A stretch of DNA of 63,941 nucleotides, filler included, from Bonamia ostreae (taxonomy: Eukaryota): NCBI GenBank assembly GCA_040357525.1. It is 6 parts of 6 records of this genome, joined end to end, with 100 filler letters (N's around TTAATTAATTAA, not from the genome) between each part and the next. Parts side by side here need not be neighbours in the genome. Positions count along the whole stretch, not along the records: positions 44,878 to 55,466 come from JBDODL010000027.1; positions 55,567 to 63,941 come from JBDODL010000058.1; 4 more parts are not named here. The stretch is one strand, 5' to 3'. A program made the position numbers and the translations under genes. Shown here in pieces: positions 50,246 through 63,107 of the stretch. Within the stretch, counting starts at the first letter, position 1, and the number at the start of each line of letters is the position of its first letter. The notes below the pieces were generated by a model that searched no databases, was not told the DNA's origin, and saw only the letters and a list, made by a program, of their open reading frames with translations.

Positions 50246-51843
50246 CTATTTTCGCAAATTTGCTGCAAAAGATGGACTTCTAAAAATTTCTTTTAGTTTA
50301 TCTATTTTTAAGATCAAACTTCTAAAAATTTCACTGTTTTACAGTCTCAAAGTTTTAAGAAAATTTTACAATATTTATATCAACAATAGTGGTACAATGC
50401 CCAGCAAACGCCAACAATGACCAAAGAGGCTGCTGCCAATGAACTTCCCAGGATAACTTTGGATTTCCTTTTGTTTCTGACAGCTTTGACGGTCTTTATA
50501 CATACGCCATTAGTCTCACTCAAAGTTGAATCCACAACTGGACACATCTCTTTCAATGATTCGTACCCAAATGACAAAAGAGCATCTGAGACGCCCACTG
50601 AAGGCTTCATTATCTCCCAAGAGTAATCGTGATGCTTCGAACCAAAATTATGTCCCAGCTTATGTGTACAAAAAAACTTCGTGCATTAAAGTGATATCGA
50701 ACAAATCGGAATCCTTGACGATAGAAACACTGTTTTTCTTGCAAAGAGATCCGATGATCGCAGTTCCAAGGACCTGGCCGAAATTACATCTTGTTATAAT
50801 GATGGTGCTCGTTATTTGTTCATTATCGTATATGCCAGGATACATTTCAGAAATATACTTGGCCATGTAATGATAATTACAACCTCTTTGCACACAGATT
50901 CCTCTTTGATATGTTTAAAAATAACGTGTTGATGATCGGAAAATCCTTTTATTAGAAATTATAAGCCAAAAAACAACAAAAAGCGTTAAAATAATTTGTA
51001 AACATTTTTCTGCAGAAATTGAAGAGTGTACGTAAAATGAATCTTCATTTGGTTTCGATAGATGTGGTTTGTCAATTCCATCGCGTTTTTGATCTTGACT
51101 TTAAGCACTTCTAAGTTTCTTTGGTAGCTTAACTGTGTGCAGAAATCGATCAGAATTTTTAGATAACCTTCGAGCTCATAAACAGTGTCGTTCCGAAAAC
51201 AATAATCGAGTTTCTTCAATTTTTGACCTTTATAATTGTTTATATTAAGTTCTCTTCCACTTTTCTTTGGTTCGAAAGAAAGTATCAACATATCTTCCGG
51301 ACTGTATTTTAATTTTTCGCATTTAGATTTACAGGAAAGGTACTTGTTCCTTCCAAAACGATATTTTTTCGAATTTTCGACGAAGAAACCACTCAGAAAA
51401 CTTAAATTTGATGTGTCGCCTTTAAATTGTTATCACGCAAATAAAAATTGTTTTAATTAATCAAATAAAAATTTGATACATTTATTCAAGTTACTTAGAA
51501 TTGTTACAAAACATTTATAAAGAAAGGACATTAATTTTTCTAGAATTACTACAAATAAAATATTAAAACATGTCAAAAACAAATAAAAGTTGGATTTAAA
51601 TTCAAACGATTTTATTGTTGAATTTGCAGAAGAAAATGTGGGCTTGAGTGAAGCAGAATAGTGTTTATTATTCGCGTAAAAGGAAATCCTAGTGGGAATT
51701 TTCAAACCGTTTTCTTCTCGGTGGTCCAGTCGAAAATGCTCCATTTTTATATACCGAGGATTGTAGCCCTTCGAAATTGAAAGAGAGTGCAATCTGTTTA
51801 AATAAACGACAACACAGAACAACTTAAAAGCGACATTTGCCAT
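50246..51843 (-). CDS. Membrane-anchored M12B (reprolysin/ADAM-like) zinc metalloprotease
   Basis: Signal peptide, prodomain-like region, GTAIIGSLC, HE|LGHNFGSKHHD (19-nt intron 50659-50677), Met-turn EIM, C-terminal TM. Confidence 0.85.
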
Positions 51844-51897
51844 TTTTGGTTATGTAATTACTCTTTTTCGACTTAACAACAAGTAATTATAGTAATT

Positions 51898-52248
51898 TTA
51901 TTTATTCGTCTGATTTGGGTTAAAGTTTGGCATCGTCGGAGGCATCATCCCGGGAGCGAAGTTTGGCACCATTCCTGGTTGCATTGGAAACGGCGGAGGC
52001 GGCCCTCCGGGGAACGAAAGAGGCAGGCCCTGTGCCCCGAGTACGCCGACGGGCGGCATCCCAGCGTTGGGTCCGGGGCCCATCATGAAAGGAGACACGA
52101 TATTGGGGAAGGACGTCTGCGGCAAATAACGCGAGTAGTACTGGCGCACGTTGTCGTAGTGCTTTCGGCCGTGCATGTGCTGTTTGCGCCCTCCTGTCGA
52201 ATCGTGGGTGAGGAAAATATCGCAATATTCACAATAGAATCGGCCCAT
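51898..52248 (-). CDS. SNRPC: U1 snRNP protein C
   Basis: MGRFYCEYCDIFLTHDS..GRKQHMHGRKH plus Pro/Met-rich tail. Confidence 0.97.
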   Translation of the reverse strand: MGRFYCEYCDIFLTHDSTGGRKQHMHGRKHYDNVRQYYSRYLPQTSFPNIVSPFMMGPGPNAGMPPVGVLGAQGLPLSFPGGPPPPFPMQPGMVPNFAPGMMPPTMPNFNPNQTNK

Positions 52249-53352
52249 TGTTTAAGCTTTCTGTATAAAATATTTTATATGAATAACATTTAGATTTTTG
52301 ATTATTTTTTATTTTTTTTTATTGTTAAGGAATGAATTGTTTACAACTATTTCGATGCCAAATATTGTTTTTAGCATATTGAAACTTTTAAAAATTGTGA
52401 TCGGCGAAGCCGATGGAATTAAAAATAGACGATGAAAAAAATCAGTCGGCGCTGATGACTAATTGTTTGGGGCTGACCGCGGACGACAATAATTTATTTT
52501 TAAGTGACATTTGCTTTTAGAAACGTGAGTTTGACGGCGCAGATTAAAAATAATTAGTGCGCCTATAAAAAGATCCAATATAAAGATTAGGTTGGTTTCT
52601 AAGAAAGGATACAAATTAATAAACAAATATAAACAAACTGGTTCCAAAAATCATTTTGACGGATCAAATAAAAATCCATTTCCACCTGGAGCATCAAATA
52701 AAAAGAAAGAATAGAAATATTGTTGACGAATCTTTTGATTTTGCTATTTTTTGGATTCGGGATTTTCATTTAATGTTAATTTTGATTGTCTGTTCATTTT
52801 GTATCTGTTATTTTTAATGAGTACAGTGAAATTTTTTTGGTTTCTTTGATTATTTTCAGCTTCCAGGATCTTTGGTTTCCTGTTCCAGATTTATTGGTGA
52901 TTAAAATATTTAAAAATTTTTCTTAACGATTTTGGAAAAAATTGTAATTAGAAATGATATCGACAAATAAAATTGTAATTGACAAAGAACGGAAATCCAA
53001 TAAGATCTGAACAGCGATATTGTGTTGCTATACTAAATAATCAGTCGAAAATTATCTATTTTCACAATATTTACCAAATGTGCAAAGTTTTAATTCTTGA
53101 GATGATAAAAAGGTATTCTAAAAGTCTAATTTTATAGATAACAGCGGCTGTCATGATGTAAATACGTATATTTTTTCATCGATCCTGATACACATCATAG
53201 ATATGATTAAATAAATTTAAGTAACAAGATATAACGGTAATATTATTGCGTTTAATTGCAAAAGAAAACTCAAAACTCATATTTTGCTCGTTTTGAAGTT
53301 AGGAAAAAGCAAAAAACTTTTTTGGGGAAAGCTGGAACTAAATATTCACCGA

Positions 53353-54488
53353 ATGGGGAATTGTCAAAACAAAAAACTTATAGAGACAAAAGTGCCAAAC
53401 TCAAAAATGATTTCAAGAAAGAAAACAGTATTGTTACCAGTGCCGAAGCACAGAAAACAAAATCTGAACGAAAGTAATGTTCAAACAGAAAAACAAAATC
53501 TGAAAACGAAAAAATCTAAAAAACATTCAAACGTAAATGGTTACATTGAGAAGCCCAACATAAAAAATAGACAAATGAACGATATTTTAAAATTCCAGAT
53601 AAACCAGCAATCTTTACTCCTCAGAAAAAAAGAGGATCTTGAAAAGTTTTCAAAGGGGATCTACGCACAAAAAGAAACACTCGAGAAGCAAGTTGCTCTT
53701 CTCGAGAAACAATTCTCAGACCTCCGAACAGCGCGATAGACGTCCGAGGCCAAATTAGAAGAAACAGTCGAGAAAAAAGTTAAAGCTGAACTCGAACTTG
53801 TCGAGGCATCAGCCAGGCTTTCAATGAAGGGCGAGCAGAACAAATCTCTCGTCAAAGAAAACAGATATCTGTTAAAAGAGCTCGACATTTTCAAACAGAA
53901 TTGTTTCTCGCTCCAAAATGAAATCGAAAATATTCGAAAAGCGCTGGACAAAGCAACGAACAAGGCTGAAGCCGACAAGATCGAAGTCGAGAATATGCGA
54001 AAAAGAGAGAAATATCTTAAAAAAGACATTTTGAATCTAGAAAGCATGAAAAATGAGAACAAACAGGACATTACTGCAGAAAAACAATCCCTCGACAACT
54101 CAGAATTTGTAAAATCGATCGTCAGTCATTGGGGGAACAGTTATTTAGTTTTTATAAAAATCGATTGTCGAATAAATATTCAAATATTAAAAAATTTGGT
54201 TGTGGTAATTAAACAAAAAAGATTTATTATCCCGAAGATTGGAACTCGTTTTTGGATGAAAATGTTTTGAAAAGCGCTCGGAATGAAGGAGCACTTTGGC
54301 TGGAAATGGCAAATTTGTCGCCGGCCAAAGTTGTTTTTAAGAAAGAAGATAAAATCATGCTCGAAATTCAGCTGAATCCGGATTGGAGTCTTCTGAAAGA
54401 TAAAAATTGCGATATTGTCGAAAATTTTGTGGAGGCTAATGTAGACATAACAAAGCTTGGAAAGGCGTTTTTGATAAATATTAAATAG
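53353..54488 (+). CDS. Coiled-coil protein with N-terminal MGNC acylation motif
   Basis: MGNCQNK start; heptad-rich ORFs 53353-53739 and 53740-54120; last exon to 54488. Confidence 0.55.
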
Positions 54489-54492
54489 ATTT

Positions 54493-54920
54493 TTATTTAA
54501 CCACAACAATTGTGCAATTTGAATTGTGCACAAGGAAATCACAGACACTGACCAGAAAAAGACGTCTGATTTTGCTTCTTCATCTGGATCGACAATTGCT
54601 GGGTTTCAATTTTCAAATGACATCAACAGGTTGTTTTTTATCGTTTCCGAAACGACAATTCCATGTGTTGTGTTGGCCTTAAATGAGAGAAATGGAGATT
54701 TTACTGCGAAAGTGAACTTTTTTCATTATTTTATCGTTTTTATTTCATTTGCATCTTCGTCCACGAAACTATCGAAATTTGTTTTTGTGGCGGTGACAAC
54801 GAAAACAGCGTCTCTCTCAGCATCGATTAATTTGTCAAAGGCAAACTGGCTGGCGTTTCCAGATCCTTTAGAATCGTCGATTGCGATCAACAAAAGCCTT
54901 TTTCCGAAAAATTTGTCCAT
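54493..54920 (-). pseudogene. Degenerate USP paralog
   Basis: LLIAIDDS...DAVFVVTATKTNF aligns with the USP at 34056; in-frame TAA TGA, a further TGA and a frameshift precede SVCDFLVHNSNCTIVVVK*. Confidence 0.7.
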
Positions 54921-55676
54921 TTTAGGCAAATAGTTTATTGTAATGTGTTTGAACATTTTTAAGTAACAAACCAAAAGAATAATTTTGTTAATTTACTGTG
55001 ATCTTTAGTGAACGGTAAATTTTTATATAAATTCAATTCCCATTATTTTGGGATTCAATTCCATTATTAATCGTTTGGGATTCACAACTGGACCGACATA
55101 TTTCCCATTATTATAAAATCTTTTTTTTCTGTTAAAGCAAGCCTTTGCCAAAGTTCATTAGGAAATCTAACGAGTTAGTAACAAGATATAAAATCAATTT
55201 TGCAATCAAATAATTTTAGTGTTTAATATTTTCAAAAATTAGTTCTTTCTGATTTTTTTTTCAAAAATTTAATAATTTCAGAGTTCTTTTAATCCCAAAT
55301 TGTATCACCGTAAAATCAAAACGTTCAAAGAGTTAAAATTTACATGAAAATAAAAATATGTCGAAAGTTACCAAACTTAAATTTGCATGATAAATGATTC
55401 AATAAAATACAATTTACAGTTTTTGAGTGACCGCGTCGAGAATGGAAACCGCCGACTCGCAAGTGTNNNNNNNNNNNNNNNNNNNNNNNNNNNNNNNNNN
55501 NNNNNNNNNNTTAATTAATTAANNNNNNNNNNNNNNNNNNNNNNNNNNNNNNNNNNNNNNNNNNNNATTCATTAATTAACTATTCCCAATACACGCAAAC
55601 TGTCTAAAGTTGTAAAAGCTTAAAACAAAGCTTAAACATTATACAGATTCAATATAAAATAATTATAGTTTAGACA

Positions 55677-58600
55677 ATGACTCTTTTGTCAAAACAACTC
55701 GCACATCTGTCCACGGATTATAAAAACAGCATATCCGATAAAAACACAAAAAGAAAGCCCATTCGGACTTTGACAGCTTCATTTTTGTTCGAACCAAAAG
55801 TCGCCCGCGAAATCGACAATACGACGATTTACAAAATGGGCCTGGAAGGTCTCCACGAACTCTCAGACGACTTTCCCGCTTTCCTTTCGTTCGAAAAATC
55901 CATTTTCCTCCCGCAAAGGTTCGCCATTATCCGAATGCTAAATTTTAGATATTTGAATGTTTCCGTAAATCGCAGCGCGAAAACAAAATCAGAACTGGAA
56001 CAACTCGACAAAACGATCCGAAAATTCCTCAAACTTTTGTCCCCTTTTTTCCTCAAAACGTCTTCGCACAAATGCGTCGAATTCCTTATACGATTTTTCG
56101 ACGCGAACGAGCACTTCCCCGAGTCTTTGCTGCTCTGCGCGCTTCCCTTCCACACGTCATCCTATTTCCTGAGACTTGTCCAAATACTAAAATTCGGCCA
56201 TTCTCGCTGGGATTTCTTGTATGGAAAGTCCGCGTCGTCGCAGGAAAAACAAGAAATGGCTCCTCTGAAAACCGATTTTCTCCTTAGAAAAGCGACGAGT
56301 GATATTTTTATTCTAAAACTTATTTGTTCCGACGCTGTGAAAACAGCGAATCTGTTGGGGAAAACCGATAAAGTCGACTGCTCAAAATTCGACTTTTTTG
56401 AAAAAATGGCCTTTTCCGTTTTCAGCGGAAATTCGAGTTCCGCAAAAAGCAGCAAAATTCGGGTCTTTCTGCCGATCTTGATTTCCGGCGTCGATTCTTG
56501 TCACCCAAAATTCAGAAGTTCTTGTTTTTCTGTTCTGTTGCGCATCTCCGATTCGCTGTCGCTTCGCGGAGATCTGCAAAACGACCTGTTGTCGCCTTGT
56601 TTCAAAGTTTTAAAAATTGCAAATTTTTTTAGCGAATCGATGAAGACGACGAAACTTTGTTCTTCGTCTGCGCGTTCTTTCAGAAACAGAAAGAATCCAT
56701 TAAAATTAAACAAAAAGAGCTTAAAAAGCTTTTAGGAAAAATCCCAAAAATCTTGAAAAAGTTAAAGCTTAAAAAAGAATCGTCAAATTTCGTTTTGTCG
56801 ATTTTGAGTTCTTTGGTAAACCACGCAGACAACGGCTCGGAAAACGAGCATTCCGAGATTTTAGCGCAATCGCTGAAAGCGATTGATTTTGAAAATGTCG
56901 TGACGACCCAAATCGCGGTCAAATTGATAACAGAAAAATTATTTGGCAAATCGAACCCGTTTTCAAAAGTTCTCCAATTGATCTTCCATTCGAAAAATTT
57001 TGTCTTCGACGATTTTTTCGATAACGAAATTTTTCTTCAAAGTCCGAAAAAATATATCGACAAGCTTAAAAAAGATGTAAAAAGGAGTTTAATGTTTGGC
57101 GAAACAGATTTTTTCGAGAAATGGGTTTTGAGACTAAAAACTGATTTTGGAGCCGATATGAAAGTCGATGGAGGTTTGCTAAATTTTAATTGTCGAATTT
57201 AGGATTCTTGCAGTTATCGAGTCAGAATTTTAATAAAATTGAAAAACATCTCGAATCGGGAAAACAACCATCGATACGCGAAAAAGCAAAAATATCAAAT
57301 TTTGTGGCCAATTTTTGTAAAGTACTTTGCGGTTTTTACAATGGTCACAACAGCGATTTACAAAAAATCGGAAAACGGCGCGTTTGGGACAAAATAATAA
57401 CCGCTTTCCAAATCGCCATTTTCCTGAAAAAACAAAACTTTGTTGTACGAAACAACAAAATCAACAAAAATTTGACCACTTTTTTCGACAAAAATGTCTT
57501 CGATTTTATTGTTACCAGTTTTTTCGAGCGCTTCATGGACGAAAGTGCCAAACCCGAAATTTTGTTAAAATTGGTTCTGAACTTTTTCGGTGAATTCCGT
57601 TATTTTGTCGATAACTCCCAAATTTGGATTGAAGGAGTACTTGTCGCTTGTTGCAACAACAAAAGGATGTTAAAGATTTTGATCGAATATATTGAAAAAG
57701 AGCAAAGTACTTTTAGTTTGACGACAATGCCATTAATAAAAAACTTTGCGAGCGAAAGTTTGGACGGAAAAACGGGTGAAAAAGGGTTTTTTGGACTGGA
57801 AAGAATATCGGGCAAAAACAGAAAAGTCGATAAAGGTGTTGTAACAATGATAAAAGCATTGTTGCCAACATTCAAAAAAACCGATCTCCCAAAAATTTTG
57901 GAAATTCTGCTAAAAATTTTTTCGAATTTCCGTTTTTCAGGCGATTCAGAGATCGAAGAAATGTCGAATTTGCTGAAAAATGTTTTTATCGCAGCTTCAA
58001 AAACGGGAAACCAAATTTTGATAACAGTTTTAAATTGTAACAGTGATTAGAGAGTTGTAACAATCGCAATTTTGCGCTTTTCTGTCAAAGCGATCAAAAT
58101 CCAAAATTTGGTTGTAAATTGCTTTGATCACCAAAATTTAATCAGTTTATGCGCGAAAATCCTTTTGACAAAATTTTTAAATTTGCAACAACCGCTTTTC
58201 AATCCGTCAAAAAATTTTGCTAAAAATGACTTTGAAATTAGCAATTTTTGCAAAAATTTTGAATCTGTCAAAGCCAAAAATTTGTTGCAAATTTCTAAAA
58301 CGGCCGAAAATTTATTGCAAATTATTTTAGAGCTTAAAAAAAGCGAAAGCTTTAATTTTGAGTTATTGAAAATCGCTTTGATTATTATAAAAAACGGCGC
58401 AAACGAGAATGGAGACAATGTGGAAGTTGCGATAAAATCGATTTCCGAGACGATTTCGATAACTGATTTTTCGACAGAATCTATTTTAGCAAAATTGCCA
58501 AAATTAAAAAATGGAATCGACGAATTGGTCATTTCAATACAAATTTTAAATTTTTTAATGTCAAATTTTAACAAAAATGGCGGACTTGATCAATCTGAAA

Positions 58601-61600
58601 CAGCGTCAAAATTATTAAATTTTGCGGTTAAAATTATGGAACAAATTTCAAAAAAAGGGAAAATTGCTCAAATTGTCAAAAATCTGTTTTTTGCAATTTT
58701 TTCGAATTTTTGAACCAATTTTTGAACTTCAATTTAAATTCAAGATTTGATTACGAAACAACGATGTCCTTAATATCCGATGAAAAACATCAAGTTTTGG
58801 AGAAAGTGATTTGTTTCTACTTTAGAGATTATTATTTTGGTGGTTCCGAAGATAAAAACATTTTGTTCTTCGAAAAAACTTTTTACAAATTAAACAAACA
58901 AAGCGTTTAAATATTTTGAAAATTGCAAAATTTACTTTTTTATAATTAAACTTTCTTAGTTGAAAATTTTGATATAATTTTAGCTGAAAATTAGTCAAAA
59001 AATAAATTGAATAAAATGCATTTAAGACAATATAAAAATAAAGAAAGAAAAAATATTGAAATCATTAACAAAAAACGTCAATTTTGCCAAAATTTTCGAA
59101 TCGATTAAAATAAGACAAATCGTAAATATCAATTTTTTGCTAAAAATAGCGAGAAATTCAACAAAACTTTTAGAGATTAAAAATATTTCGAAAATTAAAC
59201 AACATCAAAAATCGACTTTAAATTCCGAAAAAACAGCTTTCAAAATATTGGAATTGACAGAGAAATCAATTAAAAATATTTGCGCTTTTACAGCAAAATT
59301 TAGCCCAAAAGAAATAGCTCATTTCTTCAAATTAATGACTCAATTAATTCAAAAAATTGCTTTGAAAAAACAAAATAGACTTTTGCCGATTTTGTTGAAA
59401 ACGGTTCGCCGTTTTATCAAATATTCCTCGGAAACTCAAAAAATCAACGTTTTTAAATAACGTTGCAAAAGATAGAAAACTTTGATATCGAAGCAGTTTC
59501 TAAAGCTTTGAACGGTAACATCGAAAATGAAAGAGAATTTGTTAAAATTCTGACAGTCCTTTGCAAAACGTCAAATTTGGATTTGAGTCAAAAACGAAAA
59601 GAAGACATTCTCAGAAACACAAATTATTTTTTGTTGACGAAAGGTCTAACAAAATTTTATTTTAGTCTGAAATTTTAAAATTTAGACGATACAAATTTAA
59701 GCAAAAATAATTTTTTTAAAAAATTTAGAGAAAAGTTTGAACAAAAACATGTCAAATTGCATTAAAAAACTAATTCCGTTCGGATTAAATTTCATTTACT
59801 CCGAAAACCTTAAAATCGAAACAAAAATCGTTAAATCGCTCGCGAAATCGTTTTTAGATTTCGGGGACAAAAATTCAATTTTTTCAAAATTGGTTCAAAA
59901 TTTCCAGTTAAAAGAGCTCAGCTCTTTTTTCGTCGAATTTGAATTTCTGGAATTCAAAAATATAGAAAATTTTGGGAATAAAAATTTAACATTATCGTCT
60001 GCAAAAATGCTAAATTTATTTAAAATTTTGCCCATTCAGAAGCTTCTTTTAGTTTCTGCGTCGATTCTCGAAAATTCGAAAATTTTCTCAAAATGCGGCG
60101 ATTTTGGTTTCGAAACCGAAAAACTGCTGATCGCCGTTTGCGAATTGATTAAGATAAAAAATTGGGACAGCGACAACAAAGAATTAGAAAAAAAGGATAA
60201 AATTGGAGCGATGAGCGCATTGCTTAAAGGGCTTTCAAATTTCTCGAACATTTTTTCTCAGCGACTATTCTCCAAAATATTTGAGAATTGTGAAAGCAAT
60301 AAGACGGAAATGGCTGTTTTGGAAATTGAAAAAATAAAAAATGTCCTTTTGTCGGAAAAAGAGTTCTCTGAAATTATGAACTTCTTTCCAATCGACAAAA
60401 ATAGCGAAAAAAGTAGAAAAAACGTGCACTTTTTGCGAATATATCGCAGATTGATAGACTGCAAATGCGTTATTTTCGATCATTTTGATTTGGAAACATT
60501 TTTGAAAGTGCTCTTGAAACTCGCTGATAACAATGAAGACGAAACATCGTCTCAAATTTTGCAGAAAAATTTGGTGCAAAACATTGTTACCAGAGAAATC
60601 CAAACTTCACTTTCAGAGAATGATGGCGAATCTTCGGAAAAAGAAAGCCAATTCGATAAAATAAAAAATGTTTTTTCGTCGGCGATAAAAATAATTTATA
60701 AAAATTTGAATGTCCATCAACGAACAAAAATCAAAATTTTGACGTTTGTTCTGGAAAATTTCGATTACGGAAATGGTCCAAGTTCTATGTTGAATAACAG
60801 ATTCCAGACTATTATAGACGTTTTTTAAAGTACTTTTATCGGTAACAAATATTTATTTTCGGTGACAAAGAAAAGTGTTTTTTTCTGCAACAATTAGAAA
60901 ATTTATTAATAAAAAAGCTGTTAGAAACATCTAAAACGGTGGAAACGAACAACAGATTTGACATTCTGAAACTTGTGACGATTTGTCTAAAATATTTCAA
61001 AACCGATTTATCCGAAATTTTGAAAATTTATCAAAACAATTTTTTAAAAACGGAAAATTTTTTAAAAGCGAAAAATTTTTCAGTTAAAAAAAGGAACAGT
61101 GAAAATATTAAAACTGAACTAAACTTTATTCATGTTGCGATTTTAGAAGGAGACGTTTTAAATGAGAAAAAAATTTCTGAAACCGCAAAATTTTTTAAAC
61201 AAATTTTGCTCTTTTTGTTTTCAGTTTCAAATTTGGAAATCGATCAAATCATTACAATTCAAAATGATTTATTGACCTCTTTTTTAAATCTAAAAATTGA
61301 CCAAATTTTGACGTTCTTATTTTTAAATGACGATCAATTTTAGCCAAATTTGTAAATTTATTTTGAAATTTTAAAAGATGCGTTCTGGAAAAAACAAATT
61401 TAAAATTTGTGTTGAAAACGGCAAAAGAAATATTTGACGAAACAATCGCTGAAAAGCAACTCGAAACAAATTTACTAAAACTCTTTTCGTTTGTGGATAT
61501 GGCGGTCTCTTCCAAATCTCTAAATTTGGAATGCGCCAAAATAATTTCGGATTTGCTTTTCGACGCAATGGACGTCCACATTGATCGAAACTCATCGAAC

Positions 61601-62826
61601 GAATTCACTAAACAGGTTCATTCTTTATGCACAAAAATGCAGTTGTCGCATTGTTTTACGACGTTTTGTCTGCGATTGACAGAAAAGCAAATGATTTCTC
61701 AATACGAAAAATTGAAGAATTGGGTTGAAGACGTAAAAACGGTCGAAATGGGCCAAATTTCTTTGCCGATTAAAAACAGAAAAAACGAAAATTCTTTTGA
61801 AGTTAAACGAAGAAAGTTTGAGTTCTTTTTAAGCGTTAGCAAAAATCTCATCGAAAGTATTGATGTTTTTAATTTAAAAACTTGCAATTTTTTTAATTTT
61901 AAAATGTTCGATTTTGGATATCAAAAACATCAATTTTAATATGAAAACAAATTTTAAATATTAAAAAAATTTTAATGGCGTGAATTTTAAGATTTTGGCA
62001 AAATGGCTTAAAATATATTTTGTCGATTTAAGACAATAATTAAAAAATCGATAATTAAGTTTCTTTCTGAGACAACTAAAATATCTTATCAATTTAAAAA
62101 GTCGTTGTTTTTGCCTCTTTTGAGATATTCAATGTCGACGTGCGGTCTTTGTCTCAAATTCGTTACATCCGAAAATCCCCCAAAAAACAAAAATTTTGTT
62201 GAAGAAAGTAAAGCGGCCATCAAAAAAATAAAAGTCGCGAACCAAAAAATGGCGATGGCCAAACCAACAAATTCTTATTTTTTGGTAGAAAACCTCTTAA
62301 AGTTGTTGCAGTTGTCGGTTGATCAAGTTCGAAAGAGCAGATCGATTGCCGAGTTCAGTGAAACCGAATTTGAGCACATAGAAACCGACATCTGCAAATT
62401 AATGGAAACCGAATATAAAAACTCCAAATTCGGTTTCCCGCAATTTTCTCGCGAATTCGCTAATTTTGTAAAAAAATTGAGCGTTGTGGTTCCGGGAGAT
62501 GAAAAGAAAAGTTTGTTGGTGCGGTCTCTTTTGTTCTACACACACAATCGTTTTGCGAAAGTTCGAATGTGTGCTGTTTTGGCGCTTAAAAATCTGATTA
62601 TTGCTCTAAAGGGGGCTTTGCCCAATATATCTGTTGTTATCTCGGCGGTAAGCGAGGTTATTTTAATTGTAAATGTTGTATTCAAAATCTCGAGTTTTAT
62701 TTGGGCAATTTTAATGGTTAAAAGCGTTTGGAAGATGATAATGAAATGGTAGAAAATGCAGCAAGAGATTTGATCAGATGTGTGGAAGAGCAAACTGGAG
62801 AAAAATTGAACGAATTTTTACAGTGA
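55677..62826 (+). CDS. UTP10: U3 snoRNP HEAT-repeat protein UTP10/HEATR1
   Basis: MTLLSKQLA..ASFLFEPKVA, LSPFFL..HKCVEFLIRFF, LLLCALPFH; C-terminal BP28CT-like region; ends VEEQTGEKLNEFLQ*. Confidence 0.9.
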
Positions 62827-63107
62827 AAAACATAAATTGCTAAATTCATTTTTCTGTTCACAATAATCTTCAAAAAATATTTTTCTGGCTCAAAAATGCT
62901 TTTTCTTTGCTTTTTATTTCGAGACTATTTTAGATATTTTGTAGAATAAAATAAAAAATGGCGATGTCTTTTCAGTAATTTTTAAAATTTATAAAAAAAA
63001 ATGCAATTTTTTGCGATTATAATTAATAATTGTGCATTGCACAATTATTATTATTGATATATTCGTGCAATGCAAACTGATATTTAAACATTCTATTATC
63101 AAAATAC

